This document shows, in pieces, positions 44,166 to 58,355 of a stretch of 64,000 nucleotides of DNA (position 1 is its first letter; every line of letters starts with the position of its first letter). The notes under the pieces are model-generated. The model searched no databases, was not told where the DNA came from, and saw only the letters and a list, made by a program, of their open reading frames with translations. The stretch lies in the NCBI RefSeq assembly GCF_009914755.1, contig NC_060929.1. One strand, written 5' to 3'. The stretch comes from the human T2T-CHM13v2.0 reference genome, Homo sapiens. Made by a program: the position numbers and the translations under genes.

Positions 44166-45037
44166 CTAAGGTGAGCAGAGGACATTTCCATCTCCATATT
44201 AATAATTCAACTCCGAACTGTAATGAGCAGACATCCTTGAAATCTTATGAGGTCACCTTCCAAATTCTCCCCATAAAATGAAGATCATTAAAATTAGAGA
44301 TCTAAGTACACAAGTATGTGTTAGCTGAGTCAAAACGTCCCAAGGAACAATTTCAAGGTGGTAAACCTAGGAAATACTAGGAAGTATTTTGGAATTTTTT
44401 AAAAATATATATTAGTTTTCAATAGCATGAAATATGTATAAAAATACAGAACAGAGTGAGAGTAGTGTGTATCTAAAATCATTAGTCACTTTCGAATGTC
44501 TAATCTCACACTTTTCATTAGGCAAAAGATCCTAGGCTGATGCATATGTATATTAAATAGTTAATACATTATTATACACCCACATATATGTACTTCATTT
44601 TCTGTATAAATGTACTTTATATATTTATACATACACCAATAACCTTAAAGTATATATACATACAGAGATAAAGATATACAGCTATAGATACACACGTATT
44701 TGGCAAAAATATACTTTAAACTTTGTGACTTTTATACAAATTGCTGATTATATTGAATGAGTGACAGAAATGGATCTGATTTGGTTTTTTAAATGTTTCT
44801 TAATTCATTGAAAGTTTAGTGCACAATATATTTAACAAGAGGAAAATGTGCATTTGAAATACAAAGTAGATTTTTTAAAAAGAAACCACTGTTCACTTTC
44901 TTCACACACGAACGTTTTCATATCTTACAGCCAATAATTATAAATCTCATTTAGAAAAAATATATATGGTGTAAATATTGGCCATGTAGGAAAGAACGGC
45001 CCCCATGGGTTCCGTCTGAACGGGCAGGTGTCCTCAC

Positions 45038-45239
45038 CATCGGGCGCCACATAGTAGTCGAAGGCGGTGTCCCCGGGCCCCGCTGGCGGCGGCAGCTCCA
45101 GCGTCCCTGTGGGCCGAGAGCGCAGCCAGAGCTCCAGGCGGCGCCGTCCGTCCAGCTCCAGCGCCGCCCCCGCGCTCCACAGCAGCGCGAACACGAACAG
45201 CCGCCCCAGGTGAGCCTGGCTCACCTCCCCGCCTTGCTC
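45038..45239 (-). CDS. DNAH5: DNAH5 coding exon (~exon 45), GC/CpG-rich
   Basis: 202 nt, ctcag|...|gtgagg; [67 protein letters not shown]. Confidence 0.95.
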
Positions 45240-45289
45240 CTGAGAAGGAAAGACACTTTTTTTTAATAACTTGATTCTGAAACCCAAAC

Positions 45290-45342
45290 GTTGCTCTAGG
45301 GTTTCAATGGAAACAGTAAACAGAAACAAGACACTAGTTGCC
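45290..45342. promoter_or_regulatory. Candidate RFX X-box plus forkhead motif cluster
   Basis: GTTTCAATGGAAAC (45301-45314, one mismatch from palindromic GTTTCCATGGAAAC), GTAAACA (45316-45322), GTTGCY half-sites at 45290 and 45337; motif match only. Confidence 0.3.
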
Positions 45343-45435
45343 CTCCAAGAACAAGGGAAAGGATGAATACAACTGGAGAACAAATGAAGAACTGATGTCT
45401 GAGAATAGCAAGCTGCCTTTAAACATAATAGGGTT

Positions 45436-46330
<895 letters not shown>

Positions 46331-46510
46331 ACACACACACAGTAATAATTTTGGGATACCTGTTGCATGACTTTGTTAACCTGCAACTAAATTCCAAATC
46401 CATGGTTAGCTGTATTTTTTGTTAAAGGGATATGAAAAAATAAGTATATATGTGGGATCCATGTTTGAAATATTCCCCCTCCCCAACAGCTCTAACCAAA
46501 TCTAATTTCA

Positions 46511-46600
46511 AATATAGTACTCTCTGTATAGCATGGCTACATTAATAAGAGAGAAAATATAGTACTCTCTGTGCAGCATGGCTAAGTTGATAAGAGAGAA
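46511..46600. repeat. 45-bp tandem duplication
   Basis: aatatagtactctctgt..agcatggcta..tt.ataagagagaa twice, 5 mismatches. Confidence 0.9.
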
Positions 46601-46626
46601 TTTCTCTAGAAAGTTGAGCAATTTAC

Positions 46627-46803
46627 CTTCAGAGGAATCAGGCCTTGAAGCATGTTAATGCTCTGTGTGATGACAAAGGCCTCCAGCACCTCCATCTTGT
46701 ATTCTAAGTTCTGGATACAGAAGCGATACAAGTCTGGGAAAGACTCGGTGTACAGCTGACGAAGAATTTCTGCTTCTTGAGGTGAGCGTTTCTTAAGAAA
46801 ACC
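46627..46803 (-). CDS. DNAH5: DNAH5 coding exon (~exon 44)
   Basis: 177 nt, gacag|...|gtaaat; [59 protein letters not shown]. Confidence 0.94.
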
Positions 46804-46894
46804 CTGTCAGTTCACAGACAAGTGTATTCATGAAACTTATTAGCACACTAGGAAAATGGTCATTTGGGGACAAAAATTTTAAAAGTATCTGTTA

Positions 46895-47150
46895 ATAATG
46901 ATAATATCTAATGATTATACCACACACTATGTTCCAGGCTTTGTTACAAACTCTTCCACGTATTAATTCACTTAATCTTCAAAACAACCCTACAAGGTAA
47001 GAACTGTTATTATCCTCCTTTTACACATGAGGAAACAGAGGCCCAGGAAGTGTAGGTAGCCTGCTCAGGAGCCCACTGCAAGCAGGTGGCAAGGGCAGAA
47101 TTCAGACCCAGAAAGCCTGGGCCTACATGTTCAGCTACTACACTATCCAT
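46895..47150 (-). mobile_element. MIR SINE
   Basis: aacaaccctacaaggtaag...ttttacacatgaggaaacagaggcccag core in reverse. Confidence 0.75.
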
Positions 47151-47286
47151 ATGCTCACAGATGGAGAAATAGTCTTCAACTCTTGATTAAAATATGCTGG
47201 GAGAAAATGAGAAGGCACATATATGGAAATAACTCAGGGGGGAAAAGTAAAGAATAAAAGATGAACAAAGGAAATCCATACCCAGG

Positions 47287-47585
47287 TTTTTTTTTCTTTT
47301 TTTGAGACAGGATCTTACTCTGTCACTCAGGCTGGAATACAGTGGCATGATCTCAGTTCACTACAACCTCCACCTCCCAGGCTCAGGTGATCCTCTGGCC
47401 TCAGCCCCTCAAGCAGCTGGGACCACAAGTGCATGCCACTACACCCAGCTAATTTTTGTAATTTTTGTCGAGACAGGGTTTTGCCATATTGCCCAGGCTA
47501 GTCTCAAACTCCTTGCCTCAAGCAATCTGCCTGCCTCGGCCTCCCAAAGCGCTGGGATTACAGGCATGAGCCACTGTGCCTGGCC
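47287..47585 (-). mobile_element. AluJ element
   Basis: Diverged full dimer in reverse, gacaggatcttactc / ttgcccaggct / ctcaagcaatc. Confidence 0.9.
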
Positions 47586-49581
47586 CCCAGATTTTTTTTT
47601 AACAGAAAACAAAGATTTACTACAATTAGTTGTTTCTTTTTATTTCTTCTAATTTAATTAATAAACAATGTAGAAAAATATCAAGGATATTCATGAAAAT
47701 GGAGAATTTAGTCATTTGAGAAACCTAGTATTAAGAAACTGCATCTCATAAATACCACTTAACACACAGCGTTTCCTTAAGATGAGGCAAGTTCTCTTAA
47801 GGTCAAGAGATCAGCTCATTCTTCACCTCAGTATTCCAAGAAACAATTAGAGACTCTGAACAGAAGCAATAAAATGTTGATTCTGAATTATTCATTAGTT
47901 CATGAATTTACCATGATTCTACCTCGACAAAAACATAACATAGCACTTTTGAGTTGATGGAACCGAAAGACGACATTCACTAGGGCAGGTAACCAGGTTG
48001 GCTCCCTGAAGCTGACAGATTGTCAGCAACACAACTTTTCAATTACTCTGCCCTCTAATAACTCTCAGAGCTGGCCTTCCTGTTCTAAACATTTCCAATC
48101 TGATTCTTCTCATGAGTCTTGCTTTTCCTAACAATTTCCAAAAAAGAAAATGCATTATTTAAAACATATAGGATATTATGAGGTGGGTATAGCATTAAAG
48201 TAAAGGTCTTATTCAGTCTCAGTATGGACAGACTATAGCAAAAGCTTATTTTATAAATAGCAAACTCATGCATTAGCTAGTACTCCTTAGCTAGTTGTAT
48301 AAAAGTATTTTTCAAAAACCTTTTTGAAATTGAAGTATTTTGGAAAAATCATATATATACATTTTCACTGGTAGTTTGCTGTACCTGTGGTTTCCAAGCC
48401 TGGCTATGTGAAAAAAAAATGTTGTGGCACTTAAAAGAAAAAAAAAAAAAAAACAATCCTGAGTTGCCTCCCAGAGATTCTAATTTGGTAAGATTGAAGT
48501 GTAACCCAATCATCTGTATTTTAAAGAATTGTCATTAGTGATTACTTTTGCAAAAACAGGGTTGCAACCCTCTGCTTTTATTCTCCTTAATGGGTGGATA
48601 ATCTAATTGTGAAATCTGAAAACTTTACAACTATTTTTAGTGACACATTCAACTCTATGTCAACATCATTTTGCTATATGATTCCCTCCTTCTTCCCATC
48701 TTCATACCAAATCTAAAGCCTTTTGCAACAGAGTTGAGTAAATTCTGGAAAGACATTAGTAAAAAGTTAGGATATAACCATATAGAAATAAAAGTTTGAA
48801 AATGTAATGATATAATGTAAATAAACATCTACTTTATTTAAATTAGGAATTTAAATGTTTTCAATCAAAATCATCTTCGAAAAACTTAGGTGATGAAAAT
48901 ATTCAATATAACCAACTATGTAAAACAAGATTTTTCATGTGGCTTATCTAATAAACATTCTGCCTTACATTATAATATTTATATAGCAAAATATCTAAGT
49001 ATGCAAGGCATTTATTTATAATATAATTTTGATCAATATATTCTAGGATATATTGCTGGTAATAAAATAATATACCTGATTATGAATTGATGAGATGTTA
49101 TCTGAAATATTATTGCCAAGTTCAAATTTGGAACTAACGTTATAACTAATGAATCTCATAAAAATTCCTTATATGCAATTTTAATAAACTGACTCCAAGT
49201 TAATGTTCTAAGATGGTCCTCCTAAACTTTATGTGAATGTATACCTTTCAAAAATATCATGAATCCCCAGATTGATCAAATTAAATTTTACTTATTCAGT
49301 CCTCAGACACAGTTTGGCAACACTGTTGGTTCATACAGGCCTGGCAATTACTCTACAACCCAGAGGTTGGAAATCCCAGTTCAAAAGTGATTGGAAGAGT
49401 AATGAAGAAATATGTTAGGAGCAATCAGGGTTTGAATGTCCCAGTGCATTCAAGTATCTTCCACAAACATTAGCATAAAAATGCAGTTACACTGCCATCT
49501 GCAGAAAAATTGGCACACACACTAAAAGAATGCTAAAGGATCTGTTTTCCTTTTTAATTATACAAAAGAAGGATTCAATTA

Positions 49582-49866
<285 letters not shown>

Positions 49867-50039
49867 TCATGCAGTGCATGTACACATAAGTTTAAAATAG
49901 CTTGAAGAACTATTATATTAGATGTAATTTTCATTAATTTTTAAATATAGTTTTGCTCCAAATGATTACCTTGTTTTATTACAAAGGATCTTCAAAGATC
50001 TTTATATAGTAGTCAAGGCCCATAATTAAATCAAAAAGT

Positions 50040-51270
50040 AGTTTGTTTATTGGACAAATATTCATTGAGCACCTTGCATATGTCACTGTTCTAGGGGCTG
50101 AGGATATTGTGGTAAATGAGACAATGTCCTGCTTTTGCAGAGCTTACATTCTAAGGAGTAGAGATGACAAGCAAACAAATAAAAGTTTAACATACAAAAA
50201 AACTAAGTAGAATGAGGGCATGGGGCATGTTTTAGATAAGGTGGTCGATAAGATATTCCAGGAAGAGAATGAAGTGATGTAAAGATCTAGAGGTAGAATA
50301 TTCCAGACAGCAAGAACAGAAAGTGCTAAGCCCCTGAAGCAGATACAGGCTTAGTGTAATACAATGGACTGAATGTTTGTGTTCCCCTAAAATATCCTCA
50401 TGAACAAGATTAGTGCCCCTATAAAGAGACCTCAGAGAACTCTCTTGCCCTTCTGCAACATGGGGTACAGCAAGAAATCAGCAGACTGCAACCATGAAGA
50501 AAGCCCTCCCCAGAACCCGACCATGCTGGCTCCCTGATCTCAGACTTCCAGCCTCTGGAACTATGAGAAGTGAATGTCTATTGTTTATAAGCCACCCAGT
50601 CTCTAGCATCCCAAACTAAGGTGATCACGTTCCAGGAACAGTAAGAAGTTGAACCTGAAGGGCAAAAAGAGGAGGAAGGGGAGAGGTATATGAGGGCAGT
50701 GGGAAAGACAGAGCTATGGAACCCATTCTGGTTTGCACCTAAGTCTAAGGCATCCAACAGAGATCCTCGTAGAGTTGCTGAGTTGGGAATTCAGGAGAGA
50801 GGTCAGGGCTGGAGATTAAAATGTGAAAGTCACCAGTTCAGAGATGGGATTTAAAGCTGTGGGACTGGGTAAGTTTCTTCTAGATAAGTGTGGAGAGAGA
50901 AGAGGGCTGAAGACAGAGGCTCTGTAACCCTTAGGCTTCTGGCATGGTCTCCTGTGTTTGCTCCCCTTTCTTCCAGACTTCTCAAGGAAGCAGAAGTGGA
51001 AAAAGAGCTAGCAGGGTGAGGAATCCCTGCAGCCCAGAGAAGGAAGGGTTTCAAGAAGGCAGGCGATCAACTGTGCCGAATGCTCCTCAGGGCAGTACCA
51101 GACTGAGAACTGGCAATTTGTATTTGACAAGCTGGAGGTCAGGGGTGTCCTTGATACAGCAATTTCAGAGGAACACTGGGCAAAAAACTTGACAGCAGTC
51201 ATACGAGGAGATACTTGGAGGTAGAGAAAATGACAAACATCAGCAGATTGCTCAACAAGAATGTCATTGT
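50040..51270 (-). mobile_element. L2 fragments with a nested MLT1 LTR (~50356-50620)
   Basis: caaatattcattgagcacc...ctaggggctgaggata L2 tail in reverse; ggactgaatgtttgtgttcccc...agacttccagcctctggaactatgaga MLT1. Confidence 0.6.
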
Positions 51271-52520
51271 AAATTTAGGTATTTGATTTAATAATAGCAT
51301 TCCTCTTAATTTCTCAACTACTACCTTCTCTTACTCACCAACACCATGACCTGTCTTGTGGTTCTAAATTTTCTTTGCTATGCAACAACCGTGGGATAGT
51401 CTATTTAAAATAAAATGCTTTGAAAATCCTAATCAAGTTCATTCAACTAGCAATTCAAGTAAAATGGTGATCTAATCACCAGAGTCACTTTGAAAGAAAA
51501 AGCATATGTTGCCTTTTTTTAATGTGGAAAGGGGAAAAAAAAAAAAAAAAAAACCTCTGCGCTCTTGTTCTTTTAAGTCACATTTTGTCACTGGGTCTGT
51601 GTTTACAGTGGGTTAGTGGAACAAATCAGGAATAAAATTCGATTTATTTCCAGTAGAACAAAAACAATTTCTAATATGAGCACTTTTTTAAATGAAGCAT
51701 TTTCATTTCTCTTTCGACAATTTATATTAGTGTTATTAAATGCGAGCGTCAATGGTACTACTTTAAACATTTTTCAGAAGGACACTGTTGCCCAAAGGGT
51801 AAACCCAGGAAGCCCAAATATCTCCTCCTTCTCCTGCTTCTTTCTCTCTGCAATTGTATTCACTCTGCCTTTGCCTGCTCACTCAGGAGTGAGGAAATCA
51901 AATGAGAAGAAAGCTGATGTCACCTCTTCCCACCGAATTTATATTCTGAGAACATTGGGTTCAATTTACAAAGTCCATAAGTGAGGGACTATTCAGACTG
52001 AACCGCTAGCCCTTAATGAGTTTGTTTAAACAACTGAACACCAATGTCCATCTACACAGAATAATTTATTAGTTCAATGTAGACTTCATTTTTGCTATAT
52101 ACAATTTTCTCTCCCAAACAACCCATTTTCTCTGTGACTTTATAGAGAAATCAATTCTTTAAAAATAGGCTGTACTTAAATGAGAGCAACACTGGTAAAA
52201 TATTCAGTGAAAATAGTTATGGTAAAATCACTTTATTCAATACTATCAATTTTCCTTAACAGCTTTTTCCATCTATTTTATTCTAAAATATCACAGGGAT
52301 ACAGACATATTTTTTTAGAAAATATTATTTCCTAAAAGGGAGCATTTTAAATACTGTAATCAATAATTCCATTATTTCAACTTTCACAAATATCACACTG
52401 ATTTATGACTTCTTAGTCTTGGCTAAGATATTATACAGCAAATACAGTTGTTCTACTAATTCTGTATAGCCTCCAAGGATTCTATCTAGAAGTATAATCA
52501 AAAATAATCCTTGTAATTTA

Positions 52521-52697
<177 letters not shown>

Positions 52698-53297
52698 TTA
52701 GACATCTCAGATGGGAAGTGAACCATCATTAAGCAACATTGCACTAATTTGTAGTGTACTGTCAGCAGGTGCTCAAAATATGAAAACTGCAGAACTACAT
52801 TGAAAATATGTCTTACTGCATTCTAAGTTACCATAATTAGCTTCATTATACTTTATTGACTAAAGCACTTTTTTATCTTCTTTAGAGAAAATTGCATATT
52901 GTTTAGGGGTGAAAAAAGATACCATGCTGGAATTTATGAAGGTACTAATATAATCTGGAAGCTCTCTAAATTTCATGGCTCAAAAAAAATCTTTGGTTTA
53001 AGCTACACTAGATTAAATCTTCTGCCTGAAATATCACCTAGAAGATGCCTCATTCACTGCATTATCAGCTTTGATTTGTGATATGTTTTCTTGCTCACCT
53101 TGAAAACGATAAGCTAAATGAATTTTGCATGAATCAAGGACTTTCTTTTGTGACCAAGAAATGTATTCAAGAAATGTATTCAAATCTTTCACACCCTAAG
53201 CCGACTCTTCAGTGGGCTGGGATTCTGTGCATAAGGGACTGTGGTTAATGAGCAGAAGAGTGAACAATAAGGTTTAAAGTATAAAATTATAAAAATG

Positions 53298-53445
53298 GGC
53301 AGGGCACGGTGGCTCACGCCTGTAATCCCAGCACTTTGGGGGGCCAAGGCGGGCAGATCATGAGGTCAGGAGTTCGAGATCAGCCTGGCCAACACGGTGA
53401 AACCCCGTCTCTGCTGAAAATACAAAAATTAGCCGGGCATGGCGG
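53298..53445 (+). mobile_element. 3'-truncated AluS (left arm plus linker only)
   Basis: ggcagggcacggtggctcacgcc...aaaatacaaaaattagccgggcatggcgg followed by non-Alu sequence. Confidence 0.9.
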
Positions 53446-54914
53446 AAGTGCCAAAGCACTTCCTTGCGTATATCATGTTCTCTCCAATCCCTCCTACTGA
53501 CACAGACTCTTTTTTTCTGCTAAAAACATTTTTTATCAATCTGGTACTCAACCCTCAAGCCTCGGATGAAGTAGCACCTGGTCTGTATGCCTTTCTATAA
53601 TTCCTTAGAGGATTTTCTCATCACCTTGGCCTCTACTCATGGGATACTTGTCCAAACCTTCCTTATAGCAATTCCCTGTTGAGTTTTAATTATCTCTGTC
53701 TATGTCTATGTCCTGCTTCTAATACAGAACCTGACAGATCTTCAAAGTATGCAATATTAAAGACACTTGATGAGATATATGCTGAATCAGGGGACAAATA
53801 ATATGCATCAGCCCTCCACGTCGTCAGCAGAAGTTAAATTATCTTCTCAACCTTTTGGATTATTAACATTTTCAGTGAGAAACAATGGTTCTTTAAGTAA
53901 GATTAATGTTTCCTCTACTACTAAAACCAAAACCAAGTTCATAAATAGCAAATAGTCTAATGATTAATTCTTCTTTGCAAGGAACTTCTCCACAATCAGT
54001 GATGCCATACAGATTACATAATTTAGATATACCATACATAATGTATCTATATTGTTTAATATTTAGTACTCATTTTGTTCGAGTCATTGTACCGTGTGCA
54101 TTTAAAGTTTATTGTTAACAGAAGGCAGCTTCGTCACTGCAACAAAAATATTATTGAGAAAAATTTGAGAGGAAGAACACAATCATTTAAGAAACATAAA
54201 AATCCCAAAACAGAATCTTAACAGCATACATGAAAAACCACGTGATAAGTCCTGCAGGTTGGAGTGGTCCATTTTGGTAGAGGTAGATGTTAGCTGAGAA
54301 CACACTTTATCTCAGTCTGAGGACTGCCTGGTAGAGTCCTGATAGACAGAATTCACTTCCTCCAATAACTGAGGAAACAAAGACCAAATCCAACACCTGC
54401 AGGGTCCCACAGTAAATACTGGCAATCCTCAGCAACCACCAACAATGTACCAGTGTTGCATCAGTAGCAGTGCACTGAGGTTCCGGGAACTGCCTGAAAG
54501 CCCACCCAGGTACCTCTTTGCTGGATGGGCTTTCAGTCAGCTCCTAGAACCTCAATGCACTGCTATATATTTTGCATTCCAACCGTCAAGGTTCTGTGAC
54601 ATTTTGGAATGTCTACAGGATGCCAATATTTTTAGAAAGAGAGTCATCCATGTCTGATCAGAACCAGAGAATACAAGAATAATCATGAATGTGGTAATGT
54701 CCATTATCCTTAGATGACTTTAGATATAAGGCTTAGGGACATCTGGAAATGAAATGCATTTATTTAACTTCACTAAAATAAATCTGATTCCAAATGGGAA
54801 GGTAATTTATGATTGGGATTGGGATGACTTCGGCATATAGAACATAAGAGTTGGGTTTGGAATTATTTTCTATTTATTGAGAGACAGTGTGTTGTATTTT
54901 GTTTTTACTGGGAA

Positions 54915-55135
54915 ATGGCATGGTATGTTGGGAAAACTGGGCTTTTTTTAAGCGTGCCCTGACCTTAACTCTGAGTCCCATCACTTACCATCTTTGTGAC
55001 CGTGGGCGTTTTTGAATTTGAGCCTTGATTTTTATACAAAATGGGGATAATAATAACCACCTCTCAAGATCATTGTGAAAATCAAATTACATAACATATG
55101 TAAAACATACAGTGCAGTGCATAAAGTCACCTAAA
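54915..55135 (+). mobile_element. MIR SINE
   Basis: cacttaccatctttgtgaccgtgggc...aaaatggggataataata...ttgtgaaaatcaaatt. Confidence 0.7.
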
Positions 55136-55326
55136 AATGTTTTTTTTTCTCTCTGGTTCATTAATGTAATATGTTATCTCTAAAATGTTCCCAATAATTA
55201 ATAAAGCAGTATTTCCTCCTATAAAAATATATTATTGTATCTGCCTGTGTATCCCTCTTGGGCATTCAAATGGGTCACCACTACTTAAATGGGCCACCCC
55301 AGGCATTGACCTTGGCTGCCCTGTAC

Positions 55327-55480
55327 CTGTCATGGCTCTCATCAAGGTGTGGATGCAGGTGGTCTTCCCAGCCCCACTGGGCCCCAGAGTCATCATCCCA
55401 TGTCGCACTCTCTGCGTTTCGAATAGCTGGATGACCTTCAGTTTCCAAGGAGGATGGTTGATTAAACCAGCTTCTTCAAC
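55327..55480 (-). CDS. DNAH5: DNAH5 coding exon (~exon 41), AAA2 Walker A
   Basis: 154 nt, ttcag|...|gtacag; [51 protein letters not shown]. Confidence 0.96.
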
Positions 55481-55523
55481 CTGAAAACATAAGAGAATCC
55501 CCACATTGAAACACAACAATGAT

Positions 55524-55849
<326 letters not shown>

Positions 55850-56773
55850 TTACCATTGTGCCACAAAAAAATACACAGACATAGGGAGGAAGGAGGAGGA
55901 TTTACTGTTTAATGAGTACAGAGTTTCAATTTGGGATGATAAAAAAGGTTCTGAAGATGGATGGTGGTGATAACAGTTGCTCAACAATGTAAGTGTGCTT
56001 AATTCTTCTTAAAAATGATTAAAATGTAAATTTTATGTTGTATTTTTACCATAATAAAAAATATATTGCATGAAAAATACATATTTACATAGACAAAAAT
56101 CTGGCTGAATGTAATGAAGATGTTATCCTAAACTAATAAGAAATATCTGCATTTATCTTTGGGAACTGAAAACATTTATATAAATATTCTATTGAATGAA
56201 CCTTTGAGGAGCAACTTAAAAATAAAGACTCAAACAGCAAAATGTATTTTAAATGTTTAATTTAAAAGGTGATACTTACAACTAGAAAAATGGATAGCAT
56301 ACTATGTTGATTGAAATTCCATATAAATTTCAAACTGTCTTTATATGTCCACTGCAGAATTTCTATCTATCAAGGCATGTATGGAAGTTACTCTGTTTCC
56401 AAATATTATTCTAAGATCAATCTTTATAATAACATGATGGAAATCTTTATAATAACATGATGGAAGGGATGCTATTAACATCTTCCTTTTACAGATAAGG
56501 AACTTGAAGCAGCGTGACTAAGCAATTTGCCCAAGATGATCAGCTTGTGAAACTATGGAATGCAGATTTAAGACCAAGAAGTTCAAATCCATGGTCTATG
56601 CACTTCATCGTCATGCTATGCTTGAACTCACAGTACGTAATGATTTCAATTTTACTTAAATAATTTTTATAATAATCATGTATCACTTTATGCTATGATT
56701 TGCCCTTCAGATTTTTATATGCTACAAATTACTAACGTAAGTCATCATATCAACTACTTAATGCTTAGCTTTT

Positions 56774-57066
56774 TTATATTTTTATATATTTTTTAGAGAT
56801 AGAGTCTCATTTCTGTCACCCCATGTTGGAGTGCAGTGGCGTGATCACAGCTCACTGCAGCCTCAAAGTCCCAGGCTCAGGTGATCCTCCTGCCTCAGCT
56901 GCGTGAGTAGTTGGGACTATAGACATGCACCACTGCACCAGGCTAATTTTTTAATTTATTTGTAGAGACGAGTTCTCGCTATGTTGCTCAGGCTAGCCTC
57001 AAGTAATCCCCCAACATTGGCCTATCAAAGCACTGGGACTATTGGCATGAGTCACCACCCCTGGCC
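56774..57066 (-). mobile_element. AluJ element
   Basis: Diverged reverse dimer; TSD aat(g/a)cttagctttt. Confidence 0.88.
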
Positions 57067-57200
57067 CAATACTTAGCTTTTAGGTAGTGTTAAAATTAGC
57101 CAAAAGATGAAGAAACCACTTGCAGACAAACTATCACTCTTACCTCATCAGAAAATTCAGACATTTATATACTAAATTTTTAAAGCAAAATATAAACTAA

Positions 57201-57584
<384 letters not shown>

Positions 57585-58247
57585 TAAATATGAGCTAATC
57601 ACCACTTCTATAAAACATTTTTTTCCAAACTCTTCTTCATAGAAAAAGAAATTGAGGCATAAGGTTTACATAATTAATTTTCATTCCTAGGAAGACTATA
57701 AAAAGTTAAAGCTGCACCAAGTACCATGGGAAGTCCAGAGACATCATGATATACGTAGTGTGGTGGGATCCCCCACCCTACCCACCATATCCCACCCCCA
57801 GAGTCTGAGCAAGAAGCCACAAGTACTGAGGAAAGAGAAGCCACATGAGATCACTGCAAATAACACGCAGAGGCAGGCGACACAGCAAACACCAGGGCAG
57901 AAACAAGCTAAGCCAAGCTCCAGAGAGGCAGCCAGATGAGCCCCATCCAACCCCTGCTGACCAATCACATTTCATTTCTGCATCTGCTATGGAATGGTTT
58001 CCACCAATAATAGGGCTACTCGCACATGACTAGCTGGACATGTGGCTGTGCAATGGTAGGAGACCCAGGGCAAGGGGAGTTTGACTCGTGGTGTGCATTG
58101 GCCTCCCTTAAGACAGCAGTGTTAGCCTCACTGTTGTCATTTTTGCTGCTCAGAGTGCATAGGTTGGAGCCACAGCAGCCCCACTTTATTCCCATTAAAT
58201 TCAGATGAAACAGACACCAGCCCTCGTTGCCCTGTGAAGCATATTAC

Positions 58248-58355
58248 CTGTCTACTAATTGCTGCTTCCAGTTCAGGGTAACCTGCCTTGTCCAGAAGAA
58301 TATTTGGAAAGAGATCTTCAATCAAACTCAAAAACAAGGGTTCATCCTCATCAAT
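58248..58355 (-). CDS. DNAH5: DNAH5 coding exon (~exon 40)
   Basis: 108 nt, tttag|...|gtaat; [36 protein letters not shown]. Confidence 0.96.
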
